From contig JBAYTZ010000014.1 of assembly GCA_041675285.1 (NCBI GenBank), positions 22,891-86,890 on the forward strand: a stretch of 64,000 nucleotides of DNA, in the 5' to 3' direction. The DNA comes from Candidatus Delongbacteria bacterium (GTDB taxonomy: Bacteria > CAIWAD01). The notes beneath the pieces are model-generated. The model was not told the DNA's origin, did not search any database, and worked only from the letters and a program-made list of their open reading frames with translations. The translations under genes and the position numbers were made by a program. Of the stretch, positions 15,349-25,216 are shown piece by piece. Positions within the stretch are counted from its first letter, which is position 1; each line of letters opens with the position of its first letter.

Positions 15349-17367
15349 ATGCACCTTTCGGATTCCACTCCCTGGCCGGTGCTGCCAGAGGACCTGCTCA
15401 CCCTGCCCGGCGACCCGGAGATGCAGGAGCCCATTGTCACGGCTGAAGAGGTCTTCGGCCCTGGTGGCCTTCTGTCTCAGCGGCTGCCCGACTACCAACC
15501 CAGGGCCAGTCAACTCATCATGGCCCAGGAAGTGGAGCAGGCCCTAACGGATGGCCGGAGTCTGATGGTTGAAGCGCCGACAGGCACGGGAAAGAGCCTC
15601 GCCTATTCCGTGCCGGCCATCCAGCACGCCCTAATCACTGGGCAGCGGGTGCTCATCGCTACGGCCAACATCGCCCTGCAGGAGCAGCTCACCCAGAAAG
15701 ACCTGCCCTTCCTGCAGCGAGTGCTGCCCGGCCCCTTTCGATTCGCGCTCCTCAAGGGCCGAGGGAACTTTTTATGCAGCAGCCTCCTCCTGGAACAGCG
15801 GAGCATGCTCTTCGCTGGAGTCTCCGGCGAAGACCAGGACGAGTTCGACCGCGTTCTCGACTGGACGAATCGGACCAGCACGGGCGATGCAGGCGAGCTT
15901 CCCTTCAGAGTTAAGCCCCGGGTATGGCGCCACTTCGCCGTCGGTGATACAAGCGAGTGTGCCGGCTGCACGCTGAAGTGCTACCACAAGGCCGCCATGG
16001 TCGAGGCCGAGGATGCCCAGGTGGTGGTCTGCAACTACCACCTGCTCTTTGCCCACCTGAAGGTCCAGGCGGCCACGTGCGGCATGGCCGGCGTGCTGCC
16101 GACCTTTGACGCCCTCATCTGCGACGAGGCCCACGAGGTCCCGGACATCGGCAGCGACTTTGCCGGTGAAGAGATCGGCCGCTGGAGCTTCCGTGGTTTC
16201 AAACGCCACCTCTCACGCGGTGGGTTCGAGGCACTAGACCGCGCCGCCGATGGCCTGTCCAAGGCCATCAAACTGATGGCGTTCCGGCACGCTGCGGCTG
16301 GATCGAACCGCATCAAGCTCCCCGGTCTCATCGACGAGGAACCCATTCTGGAGGCCCTACGCCACGCCTGGCTGGAGCTGCGCGCCCTGCAGGCCCAGTA
16401 CGAGGCGGAAACCAAAGAGCACGCCCAACTGGAACGCCAGAAGGAGCAGTGTCGCCAGCTGGCCCAGCTGGTCCATCGCCTGATCTGGCAGGAGTTCTCG
16501 GATTGGGTCTACTGGGTGGAGCGCCAGGAATCTCACATTGGCGAGAGCTGGAAGCTCAAGGGCAAGCCGGTTTCCATCGCACCCTTCCTGCAACAGGCTC
16601 TCTTGCCCTGGGTTCCGTTGATCGCCACCAGCGCGACGCTGACCACCACCCATGAGGACTTCACCTTCATCCGCGAGCGCATCGGCCTGGACGCTGCAAC
16701 GCGTCAGGTCGTCTTGCCCAGCCCCTTTGACTTCAGCAGCGCGGCCCTCCTGGTGGTGCCTGAAGGGCTTCCTGAGCCCAACGATCCTGCCCACCGCGAC
16801 CGCGTGCAGGGTGAGCTCCACGAAGCCGTGCAGCAGAGCGGTGGCCGGGCCCTCCTGCTCTTCACGTCCAGCCAAGCGCTGAAGGCTGCTCACAGCCTGC
16901 TGGCCCCGGAGTTCGAACGCATGAACTACGCCTGCCACTGCCAAGGCGATGCCCCCTCCACTAAGCTCATCACCCGCTTCAAGGAGGACGTGTCCAGTGT
17001 CCTCTTTGCCACGCGGACTTTCTTCCAGGGCGTGGACGTACCCGGGGAGAGCCTGTCCCTCGTGGCCCTGGACCGCTTGCCCTTCCCCTCGCCAGCGGAC
17101 CCGGTGATGGACTACATCGCCGAGCACGACCCCAAGGGCTGGTTCTTCAAGCACAGCCTGCCCATCGCCCTGATCACCTGGAAGCAAATCTTCGGTCGCC
17201 TGATCCGCCGGCACGACGACCGCGGCGTGGTGCTGCTGCTGGATGGCCGGGTGGGCACGAAGAAGTACGGCAAACAGTTCTTGAAAGCCATCCCGGGCGG
17301 CATGTTGAGCCGCGAGGTGGCGGCCATTGGGTCCTTCCTGGCCGACCCGGAGGACCCTTTCGCATGA
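15349..17367 (+). CDS. DinG/XPD-family (Rad3-like) ATP-dependent DNA helicase with an Fe-S cysteine cluster
   Basis: Walker A MVEAPTGTGKSLAY, DEAH box LICDEAHE, Cys cluster SECAGCTLKCY between the motifs. Ends ...PEDPFA. Confidence 0.8.
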   Translation: MHLSDSTPWPVLPEDLLTLPGDPEMQEPIVTAEEVFGPGGLLSQRLPDYQPRASQLIMAQEVEQALTDGRSLMVEAPTGTGKSLAYSVPAIQHALITGQRVLIATANIALQEQLTQKDLPFLQRVLPGPFRFALLKGRGNFLCSSLLLEQRSMLFAGVSGEDQDEFDRVLDWTNRTSTGDAGELPFRVKPRVWRHFAVGDTSECAGCTLKCYHKAAMVEAEDAQVVVCNYHLLFAHLKVQAATCGMAGVLPTFDALICDEAHEVPDIGSDFAGEEIGRWSFRGFKRHLSRGGFEALDRAADGLSKAIKLMAFRHAAAGSNRIKLPGLIDEEPILEALRHAWLELRALQAQYEAETKEHAQLERQKEQCRQLAQLVHRLIWQEFSDWVYWVERQESHIGESWKLKGKPVSIAPFLQQALLPWVPLIATSATLTTTHEDFTFIRERIGLDAATRQVVLPSPFDFSSAALLVVPEGLPEPNDPAHRDRVQGELHEAVQQSGGRALLLFTSSQALKAAHSLLAPEFERMNYACHCQGDAPSTKLITRFKEDVSSVLFATRTFFQGVDVPGESLSLVALDRLPFPSPADPVMDYIAEHDPKGWFFKHSLPIALITWKQIFGRLIRRHDDRGVVLLLDGRVGTKKYGKQFLKAIPGGMLSREVAAIGSFLADPEDPFA

Positions 17368-19418
17368 GCGCGCCCATCCTGGTGGACAGCCTGATTCGGA
17401 TCCCACTGCGAGACCTTTCCCCACGCGAGCGGGAGATCCTGGAGAGGGCCCTGTCCTACCCCAACCCCGCCTACCAACAGGCCAAGGCCCGGGGAGTGCA
17501 AACCCCGCGCGAGAAGGTGGACGGCGTCTGGCGCGAGATCCCCAAGCGCCTGGACGGCTTCCTGCTGGACGGGCAGGGCCGCTGGTGCATGCCCCGTGGT
17601 GCAGTAGCACTCCTGCGCAAGCACCTTCCAGCCTGGCCGGGCACAGAGGATCGGCGCAGCCGAGCACCCTTGGCGCCCAGCACACTGCCCGCCATGCGTA
17701 TCGAACTACGCCCCTACCAGCTGGCCGCCAAGGAAGCCATGGTCACCCGAACCCAGGGCGTGGTGGTGATCCCCGCCGGCGGCGGAAAGACCGTCACGGC
17801 CCTGGCCGCCTTGGTGGAGATCGGGCAGCGCACGCTGGTTCTGGTCCACACACTAGACCTGAAGGAGCAGTGGGAAGAGGAGCTGGAGGAGCACCTGGGC
17901 GTGGCGCCCGGGAAGATCGCGCCGGTGCAAGTGGCCACGGTGCAGACCCTGGCCAAGATGCATGCGGACGCTCTGACCCGGTACCTGACCGGTTTCGGCT
18001 GCCTGATTCTTGACGAAGGCCACCACGCCCCGGCCAGCACATTCGACCGCGTGGTGGCGTCCTGCCCGGCTACCTGGCGCCTGGCACTGACGGCCACTCC
18101 CGACCGGGAAGACGGCCTGACACCCAAGCTCCTGCACACCTTCGGCCCCATCCTGCACGAGACCCGCCAAGAGGACCTGCTGGCCGCCGGCTACCTGGTG
18201 CCAGCCGTCATCCACGAGGTCCACACGAGCTTCACCTTCCCCTACCAGGGCGCCGAGGACTACCAGGCCTTGGCCGAAGCATTGGCCCGGGACGAGGAGC
18301 GCAGGCGGCTGGTGCTGGACACGCTGGAGGCCCTCTACCAGGACGAGGAGCGCGTGATTCTGGTGCTATCCACCCGCGTGGAGGACCACCTGGTCCCGCT
18401 CTTCGAAGCGGCCAAGGCCCGAGGCATCCAGGGCGAGCTCCTGGCCGGGAAGGTGAAGAAGGACGCCCGGCGGCTCATCCGGCGTGCTGTGCGTGAAGGC
18501 CATGTGCGCGTGCTCTTCGCCTCGACTGTCGCAGACGAGGGCCTCAACATTCCCGAGCTGAACACCCTGCTCCTGACCTTCCCCGCCAAGGCCGAAGGCC
18601 GAGTTGAGCAGCGCGTGGGCCGGGTGATGCGCGCGTCGCCAGGCAAGACCAAGGGCGATGTCTACGACTTCATCGACAGCGCCGTGACCCATGTGGCCAC
18701 GGACGCCAAGCCCTTCCTGCGCCAGTATGCCAAGCGTCGGGCCGCCTACAAGAAGCTCCGGGCCAGCATCGTGAGGGCCGCTCCTGCGGCCCAGGCCGCC
18801 AACAGCGCCCTTGATGCCGGGCTGCTGCATCCCGTGCTCGCCCCGGCGATCCTGAAGCCCCACGCGGGCCGACGGCTGGTGGTGGGCATGGATCCTTCCT
18901 TCACCCACTTCGCTCTGGTAGCCGTGGACGTCGACCTCTGGTGGCCCGTGGCCATGACCACGCTCACCACCGCGCCCAGCGACAAGAAGCTGGGCATCCG
19001 CAAGGCCGACGATGACGGGCGTCGGTTGGAGATCCTGGCACTGGGCATCCGCGACTTCCTGGCCCGATTCCGCCCGGACCTACTCTGCTGCGAAACCCCG
19101 TCCTCCGGCGCCCAAAGCGCCGCGGCCTTGAAGGGCCTGGCCTATGCCAAGGCCCTCCTGGTGACGGCCAAGGTCTACCACGAAACGCCCACCATCTGGC
19201 TCCTGCCCGGGGACATCAAAGAGCGGGTGGGCGGCGGCCTCATTGCCACCAAGCAGCGAGTGGCCCAGTCCGCCCAGGCCTGCCGCGCCAGGGACGGCAG
19301 GCCGTGGTCGGAGGCCGGCTGGGACGCCACCAAGGACAAGAGCGAGCACCAGTTCGACGCCGCGGCGGCCATCCTGGCCAGCGTGAACGAGGACCTGTTC
19401 CAGGCCGTGATTCGATAG
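17364..19418 (+). CDS. SF2 helicase (DEAD/DEAH, type III res-subunit-like) fused to a C-terminal RuvC-like Holliday-junction resolvase domain
   Basis: VVVIPAGGGKTVTALAA (motif I), LILDEGHHAP (motif II), VLFASTVADEGLNIPELN and RVGRVMR (motifs V/VI). C-terminal 170 aa align to RuvC: VVGMDPSF (D), LLCCETPSS (E), DAAAAILAS (DAxDA). Confidence 0.7.
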   Translation: MSAPILVDSLIRIPLRDLSPREREILERALSYPNPAYQQAKARGVQTPREKVDGVWREIPKRLDGFLLDGQGRWCMPRGAVALLRKHLPAWPGTEDRRSRAPLAPSTLPAMRIELRPYQLAAKEAMVTRTQGVVVIPAGGGKTVTALAALVEIGQRTLVLVHTLDLKEQWEEELEEHLGVAPGKIAPVQVATVQTLAKMHADALTRYLTGFGCLILDEGHHAPASTFDRVVASCPATWRLALTATPDREDGLTPKLLHTFGPILHETRQEDLLAAGYLVPAVIHEVHTSFTFPYQGAEDYQALAEALARDEERRRLVLDTLEALYQDEERVILVLSTRVEDHLVPLFEAAKARGIQGELLAGKVKKDARRLIRRAVREGHVRVLFASTVADEGLNIPELNTLLLTFPAKAEGRVEQRVGRVMRASPGKTKGDVYDFIDSAVTHVATDAKPFLRQYAKRRAAYKKLRASIVRAAPAAQAANSALDAGLLHPVLAPAILKPHAGRRLVVGMDPSFTHFALVAVDVDLWWPVAMTTLTTAPSDKKLGIRKADDDGRRLEILALGIRDFLARFRPDLLCCETPSSGAQSAAALKGLAYAKALLVTAKVYHETPTIWLLPGDIKERVGGGLIATKQRVAQSAQACRARDGRPWSEAGWDATKDKSEHQFDAAAAILASVNEDLFQAVIR

Positions 19419-19429
19419 GGAGACTGTCC

Positions 19430-22312
19430 GTGGGGTATCTGGATCTGGTGGAGCGCATCAAGCGCGAGTTGACGATGGACGAGCTGGTCCCGCACCACAC
19501 GGGACGGAAGCCCATCCGCTGCCCGCTCCCCGGCCACGAGGACAAGGACGGGTCCTTCCTGGTCTACCAGGAGACCAACTCCTGGTGGTGTCCCAGCCAT
19601 CCCCACACACGCTGCGGTGGCAGCCCCATCGACTACATCATGCTGGAGCAGCACCTCGACTTCAAGGGTGCCGTTAGGCATGCCGCCGCCCTCAAAGGCT
19701 GGGACCTTGCGCCGCCGTCCGAAGAGGATCGCATCGCAGAAGAGGCCCGCCACAAGCGTGAGGAGACACTCAGCGCCCTGGTGCGCTATGCCCATGGACA
19801 GCTCCTCGCCGACACGGATGTGGCCAAGGAGGCGCGCGAGTATCTGGCAGCCCGAGGCTTCCACGAGAAGCTGCTGGAATACCACCAGGTGGGTCTGCTG
19901 AGCTTGGAGAAGCTCTACCAGGTGCGTGGCACCCACCCCCTCCTGGCGGACTTCAACCAGGCGGATTTCGAAGAGGCCGGTTTGCGAGGGGCGACGGGCA
20001 GCCTCCTCTTCCGGGACACGCGCATCGCCTTCCCCTTGCTGATCCGCCAGCGCGCTGTGGGCATGACCTTTCGCGCCATTCCGGGCTCCAGCGACAAGCG
20101 GAAGTTCGTCCACCTGGCCGGCCAGCCGGCCGGCTTGTGGAACCAGGACGCGCTGTTCAACAAGGACCGAGAGGTGACCGTCGGCGAGGGCGTCCCGGAT
20201 GCCGCCACGCTGGCCGGGTGGGAGATCCCAGCGGTGGGCAACCTGGGCCTGGAGGTGGCCAAGAACGCCCACCTCTTTGCCCACCTACGCGTGGTCACTC
20301 TCGTCTGGGACAACGACAAGGCCGGGCGCAGCCGGGTGGTGAACGCGGGCCGGGCCATCCAGGCCGCCCTGCGCGACGGGGAGGTGCGGATCCTCCACAT
20401 GCCTGGCGAGAAGGACATCAACGACTGGGCGCGAGCCGGGGGAACCAAGGAGGAGTTCCTGACCCTTCTGTGTGGGGCCCCGGATCTCTTGACCTACCAG
20501 GTGCAGCTGCTGCCAGACGTGAAGGCCGGCGAGCGCATGACGCGCGATGCACAGGCCGCGCTGCATGAGCTCCTGGCCGACGTCAAGGGGCTAGACGAGA
20601 ACTTACAGGACGTCTACCTGAAGAGGATTGCAGCCCGGGTCGATTCCAAGCCGCTGACCCTGAAAGGCATGATCCGGGCACAGGGAAAGAAGACAGCCGG
20701 GTCTGGAGCCGACGTGGGTGACTCGACAACACCCACGCTGGTGGCCTCTCAGGCCCCTGCCCTGGGGGCCGTATTCAAGGACGAAATCCCCTACCGGGCA
20801 GCCCTTGGGTTCCAGTTCAACGAGGCCCCCACCGCCAACATCGGCGTCTGGCTCAGGCCGAAGGATGACGAGCCTCTCGCCCCTTTCCTCATCGAGTCAG
20901 TGATCCAGGACGGGAAACCGTCCATCTCCTTGGTCCCCTATGCGGCACGCAGCAGGAAGGCCAAGGGCAAGATCAGCTTCCCCAATGAAGACCTACCCCG
21001 CTGGACAAAGGGCGATGCGCCCTACAGCATGGAGAGCTTGCTGACCGCCCCCGAGGCCAACACGCCGAATGCCGCCCACGTCTTCACGAGGATGCGTAGC
21101 CTGATCAAGCGATTCATCTGGTACCCCGCCGACCACGAATACGACGTCGTGACCATCTGGATCATGATGACCTACTTCTTCCCCGTCTTTGGTCGCGTGG
21201 GCTATCTGCACTTCAACGGCGGGTCGGGATCAGGCAAGAGCCTCAGCCTTCGCTTCATCGAGGCCCTGGCCTTCAACGCACTCAAGACCGCCAACATCAG
21301 CGACGCAGCCCTCTACCGCATTGTCGACGGATCCCGCTCCACCCTCCTGATGGACGAGGCCGAGCGTCTGAGCTTTCCCAAGGCCGGCACGCTGGAGGCC
21401 ATCATCCGCTCCCTCTTTCTGGACTCCTATGCCGAGGGGGCGGTGGTCTATCGGATGAACATGGAGACCGAGCGCCCCGAGCCTTTTGATGCTTTCGGCC
21501 CCAAATGCATGGGCAGCATCAACAAGATCGACCCTGTGTTGAACAACCGTTGCATCACCATCCACTGCCTGCGAAAGGAAAAGGGCGTCCACCTCGCCCA
21601 CCATGCCCAGATGGCTGAGGAGTTTTCACGTCTAGCTTCGCAGCTCCGGGACATGATGCACTGCATGGTGCTGACCCGGTTCCACGATGTCAGGCGAATC
21701 TTCACGGTTGACTTGATGGGGGCCTACACCGAGATCGAGAACCGCGAGTACGAGATCTGGATTTCCCTGATCGCCATGGCCCGCCTGGTGGACCAGGACG
21801 CGGAGTGGGATGAGACGCAGTCCCTGACGGACATCATCCTGAAAGCCCAGCACAGCAAAGAAGTCGAGCGGGAGGAGGAGGCCCGCAGAGAAAGCGTCGA
21901 CATCCTCATCCTGCAGACGCTGCTGAACATCATCACCGGCGATGACCAGGACACGTACGAGGTGCGCGGCGACGCCTGGAAGTACGTAAGCCACAAGCTC
22001 GCCGAGGGCATTCATTCCGAGCTCAACCAGGATGGCACGTGGCCCTTTGAGAAGCCGCTCACAAGCAACCGCCTGACCAACCTGCTGAAAACCCAGCACG
22101 TCATCGAGGAGGCCGATGTCAGCCGGCCCTTCATAGGCGGCAAGCGCGTGCGAGCCCTCAAGATCCGCCACGATAACCTTCGCAAGGCGCTGCAGCGCAT
22201 GCACGGCCTGAGCGCTGAAGACGAGGCTGCGCTTCCTACCGCCACCGAAGACCAAGCAACCCCGCCCCACCCCATGCCAACCCAAACCAAGCAGGACGAC
22301 CTGCCCTTTTGA
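19430..22312 (+). CDS. DNA primase (CHC2 zinc finger + TOPRIM) with a C-terminal P-loop (primase-helicase/D5-like) domain
   Basis: CPLPGHEDKDGSFLVY...WWCPSH zinc finger. TOPRIM EVTVGEGVPDA ... VWDNDKAGRS. Walker A HFNGGSGSGKS. Start GTG 19430 with GGGAGA RBS directly after the upstream stop. Confidence 0.8.
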   Translation: MGYLDLVERIKRELTMDELVPHHTGRKPIRCPLPGHEDKDGSFLVYQETNSWWCPSHPHTRCGGSPIDYIMLEQHLDFKGAVRHAAALKGWDLAPPSEEDRIAEEARHKREETLSALVRYAHGQLLADTDVAKEAREYLAARGFHEKLLEYHQVGLLSLEKLYQVRGTHPLLADFNQADFEEAGLRGATGSLLFRDTRIAFPLLIRQRAVGMTFRAIPGSSDKRKFVHLAGQPAGLWNQDALFNKDREVTVGEGVPDAATLAGWEIPAVGNLGLEVAKNAHLFAHLRVVTLVWDNDKAGRSRVVNAGRAIQAALRDGEVRILHMPGEKDINDWARAGGTKEEFLTLLCGAPDLLTYQVQLLPDVKAGERMTRDAQAALHELLADVKGLDENLQDVYLKRIAARVDSKPLTLKGMIRAQGKKTAGSGADVGDSTTPTLVASQAPALGAVFKDEIPYRAALGFQFNEAPTANIGVWLRPKDDEPLAPFLIESVIQDGKPSISLVPYAARSRKAKGKISFPNEDLPRWTKGDAPYSMESLLTAPEANTPNAAHVFTRMRSLIKRFIWYPADHEYDVVTIWIMMTYFFPVFGRVGYLHFNGGSGSGKSLSLRFIEALAFNALKTANISDAALYRIVDGSRSTLLMDEAERLSFPKAGTLEAIIRSLFLDSYAEGAVVYRMNMETERPEPFDAFGPKCMGSINKIDPVLNNRCITIHCLRKEKGVHLAHHAQMAEEFSRLASQLRDMMHCMVLTRFHDVRRIFTVDLMGAYTEIENREYEIWISLIAMARLVDQDAEWDETQSLTDIILKAQHSKEVEREEEARRESVDILILQTLLNIITGDDQDTYEVRGDAWKYVSHKLAEGIHSELNQDGTWPFEKPLTSNRLTNLLKTQHVIEEADVSRPFIGGKRVRALKIRHDNLRKALQRMHGLSAEDEAALPTATEDQATPPHPMPTQTKQDDLPF

Positions 22313-22323
22313 GAGGATCCATC

Positions 22324-23688
22324 ATGGCTGAGAAGAAACCCCACCAGCTCGCCGACAGCTACCGGCTCATCGGGCTGTCAGCCGAGAACTTCCTGCGGCT
22401 GAAGGCTGTGCGCATCGCCTTCGACCCGAAGGCCAACGCGGCCGAGCTCTCCGGCGAGAACGGCCAGGGCAAGTCCAGTGTCATCAAAGCCATCTGGACG
22501 GCGCTGGGTGGCGCCAAGGTGCTGGAGGACGAGCGCGTGCCGGTCCATGAGGATGCGGACAAGGCCAGCATCACCCTGGACCTGGCGCCGGCCGATGATG
22601 CCCGTGCCGGCAGCCCGCGGCGGATCCGCATTACGCGGACTATCAGCGCCGACGGTGGCTGGGGCCTCAAGATCTGGACCCCGGACAAGGGCAGCTTTCC
22701 CAGCCCCCAAGCCATCCTGGACACCTTCTTCCACACCCTGTGCTTCGACCCCAGCGAGTTCGTGCGCATGGACCAGAAGAAGCGCAACAAGGTCATGATC
22801 GACCTGGCCGGCGTGGGCGACCGCATCACCCCGCTGAAGGTGAAGCGGCAGGGCATCTACGACGAGCGCACGGGGATCAACCGCGACCTGAAGAACGCCC
22901 AGGCGCGCCTGGACGAGATGGAGCCACCGGATCTGGACGTCCCCGCCGAGGTCAGCCTGACCGAGCTGAATCGCCAGATCGATGAAGCCCGTCGGAAGGA
23001 GGAAGCCAATGAGCATGTGCGACGCGAGCTGCAGGGCCTCTACGACGCGCACGCCGAGGCCAAGCAGCTGGTGGCCGACCTGGAGGCCCGGCTTACCACA
23101 GCGCGCGACCGGGTGGAGGAGTTGGTGGCGCTGGGCCAGGAGAAGAAGAAGTCCGTGCTGGCGCTGGTGGACCCAGGCCTGCAGGCCCTGCGCGACAAAC
23201 TGCAGACGGCCGAGACCGACAACGAGCAGGCCCGCACCGCACGCAAGTACGCCGAGGAGACGACCGAAGTCGAGCGCCTGCAGGGCAGGAGCGAAGAGCT
23301 CACGAGCCGGATCGACGCCGTGAATGACGAGATCGCCCAGGTGCTGCTTTCGGCCACGTTCCCCATCCCCGACCTGGCCATCACCGAAGAGGGCGACGTG
23401 GTGTACCGCGGGAAGCTATTTGAGCAGGCGTCCGACGCCGAGCGCCTGGAGGTGTCCCTGGCCATGGGCGCGGCCATGAACCCGCGTCTGCGCTTCCTGG
23501 CCCTGCGCGAGGCATCTATGATGACCGAACGGACGCGGGACCGCGTGAAGGCCTGGGCGGCCGAGCACGACGTCCTGGTCCTCTTTGAGCTGGCCACCAG
23601 CCAGCACATCGGGATCCACATCGAGGATGGCGAGGTGGCGGGCCAGGCTGCAGAAGGCGAGCAGCAGGAGGAAAGCCATGCGGCCTGA
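22324..23688 (+). CDS. RecF/RecN/SbcC-like (SMC-head) AAA ATPase
   Basis: Walker A GENGQGKSSVIKAI, long coiled-coil middle, C-terminal LRFLALREASMMTERTRDRVKAWAAEHDVLVLFE (signature / Walker B-like). Confidence 0.6.
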   Translation: MAEKKPHQLADSYRLIGLSAENFLRLKAVRIAFDPKANAAELSGENGQGKSSVIKAIWTALGGAKVLEDERVPVHEDADKASITLDLAPADDARAGSPRRIRITRTISADGGWGLKIWTPDKGSFPSPQAILDTFFHTLCFDPSEFVRMDQKKRNKVMIDLAGVGDRITPLKVKRQGIYDERTGINRDLKNAQARLDEMEPPDLDVPAEVSLTELNRQIDEARRKEEANEHVRRELQGLYDAHAEAKQLVADLEARLTTARDRVEELVALGQEKKKSVLALVDPGLQALRDKLQTAETDNEQARTARKYAEETTEVERLQGRSEELTSRIDAVNDEIAQVLLSATFPIPDLAITEEGDVVYRGKLFEQASDAERLEVSLAMGAAMNPRLRFLALREASMMTERTRDRVKAWAAEHDVLVLFELATSQHIGIHIEDGEVAGQAAEGEQQEESHAA

Positions 23689-24304
23689 TGGCCTTCGAAG
23701 CCAGCCGGTCACCGGCGGCACCCTCTACCACGAAACCCCTGCGGCCTGGGAGATCCTGGCCATCCTGGGCCGGAAGCTGCTGCCCATGGAAAAGCTGCTG
23801 GAGCTGCTGGCAGGCTTCCATTCGAGCGATCTGCACGCGGCCTATTGGCTGACACGCCGACGCGCCGAACTGGTGCGCCGGGACCTTTTAGTGGACGGTG
23901 AGGACGCCGGTCGGGGCGCCCGCATCCGGGCCCGAAACATCCTGGCCAGGGCGAGCCGCCAGAGCATGTTGGTCGAGCAGACCATGCTGCTTGAAGAGGA
24001 TCTGCGCGCCGTGCGAGAGGAGATTCGGGGCAGCCCGCCGGCAAATATCGGGACCCACCTTCGGTCCAGCCTCCAGGTCTTGGTCCTGGCAGGATCCGCG
24101 CAGCCGCTGTCCGTGCGGCTGCGCCGGCTCTTAGCCATGCACCCGGATCGGCTTGAGGCCGCACGCCTTCGCATGCTGACCCTGCCGGACAATGCATGGC
24201 TTCGAAAGGGCTGGCCCAGCAGGCTGGAGCGCCCCCACATGCGCAGGGTGCTGGAGCTGGCCTCGCAACTCCAGCGTGAGCTGTTTGCCAACCGGGAGAC
24301 GTGA
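23678..24304 (+). CDS. hypothetical protein
   Basis: ATG with GGAGGAAAG RBS, in frame within the longer track ORF 23585..24304. Confidence 0.4.
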   Translation: MRPDGLRSQPVTGGTLYHETPAAWEILAILGRKLLPMEKLLELLAGFHSSDLHAAYWLTRRRAELVRRDLLVDGEDAGRGARIRARNILARASRQSMLVEQTMLLEEDLRAVREEIRGSPPANIGTHLRSSLQVLVLAGSAQPLSVRLRRLLAMHPDRLEAARLRMLTLPDNAWLRKGWPSRLERPHMRRVLELASQLQRELFANRET

Positions 24305-24721
24305 GTGGCGTCGGCCAAGAAGAAACGTGGACCCGGAACACCCCCCCGGGAAGAGCGGAACCTGGACCCCCACTGGACGAACTGGGAGGTACTGGCCGCC
24401 TTTGGCGAGGATGAGCGTGGTGACACCTACCTCGACGCCGTCAAGCGTTTCTGCTGTCTGCCCAGCGAGGAGGACGTCTGGCTGGACGAATTGGTGCGTG
24501 CTGCCCATCGAGCCCACGACCGTGCCGGCTCCTGCCAGACGGGCCGCATGGCGGCGTGGCGCGTTTTCCGCCGGGCCGGCATGATCCTGCTGCATGACTT
24601 CATGGAAGACCTGCAGGTTGAGACCGGGAGGCTTAAGCCCCGGGCCGCGTTTTACTGGCCAGCCAAAGCCATGACCGTGGTTATCACCACGAACTGGCGG
24701 GTGGACACCGATGTGAAGTAG
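24305..24721 (+). CDS. hypothetical protein
   Basis: 138 aa. GTG start immediately after the upstream stop. Confidence 0.4.
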   Translation: MASAKKKRGPGTPPREERNLDPHWTNWEVLAAFGEDERGDTYLDAVKRFCCLPSEEDVWLDELVRAAHRAHDRAGSCQTGRMAAWRVFRRAGMILLHDFMEDLQVETGRLKPRAAFYWPAKAMTVVITTNWRVDTDVK

Positions 24722-24747
24722 CCCCCAGGTTCCTGCCTTTTTCTTCC

Positions 24748-24804
24748 ACCCCTGTCCCCTTTGGCCTGATTTCCCGCCCCCTTCTAAGGAAACGACCAAG
24801 GAGG
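24748..24804 (+). promoter_or_regulatory. 56-bp conserved promoter/leader element, copy 2
   Basis: Identical to copy 1 except 1-2 nt. Followed by AAGGAG and ATG 24813. Confidence 0.55.
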
Positions 24805-24812
24805 CGGCAGCC

Positions 24813-24947
24813 ATGCCCAATCATTCCAAACGCCACCCGCGCTTCTACCTCGCCCACCTCCTCCGGGCCACCACCCTGGGCATCGTAGAACTCAGCAACC
24901 AGGCCGCATTCCAGAAGGCCCCTTGCGTCGAGGACGCAATCGCATGA
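24813..24947 (+). CDS. small ORF (44 aa) driven by the conserved leader
   Basis: AAGGAG-N8-ATG. Not in the ORF track (short). Stop overlaps the next start (ATGA). Confidence 0.35.
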   Translation: MPNHSKRHPRFYLAHLLRATTLGIVELSNQAAFQKAPCVEDAIA

Positions 24948-25216
24948 GCCGCGCATTGACGCCCGTACAGCCGCAATCGGTGGACGAGATAGTGGTTGAA
25001 ATCCACAGACAGCTCGGCTACTCGGTCAGGCCACCCGCGCTCTTGACAGCCAGCGAAGTGGGCAGCGTCCTGCGCATCAAGGAGGCGACCCTACGCAACT
25101 GGCGATCTGCCCAGCGACCAGGTCTGCCGTTCACACGCATTGGGAACTCGCCCATGTATCGCCCCCGCGACGTCGCTGCCTTCATCCTGTCCTGCACCGA
25201 AGGAGCCTCCCAATGA
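24944..25216 (+). CDS. AlpA/excisionase-family helix-turn-helix DNA-binding protein
   Basis: LLTASEVGSVLRIKEATLRNWRS...LPFTRIGNSPMYRPRDVAAFI matches the AlpA/Xis-type HTH pattern. Confidence 0.5.
   Translation: MSRALTPVQPQSVDEIVVEIHRQLGYSVRPPALLTASEVGSVLRIKEATLRNWRSAQRPGLPFTRIGNSPMYRPRDVAAFILSCTEGASQ

Noticed and set aside
13429-20448. Large minus-strand ORFs antisense to the replication genes (13429..14415, 14454..15302, 16357..17685, 19175..20284, 19915..20448)
   Set aside because: These are antisense to ORFs with strong helicase, primase and sigma motifs, with biased R/G/A/P/Q composition and no motifs. They are GC-driven open frames.
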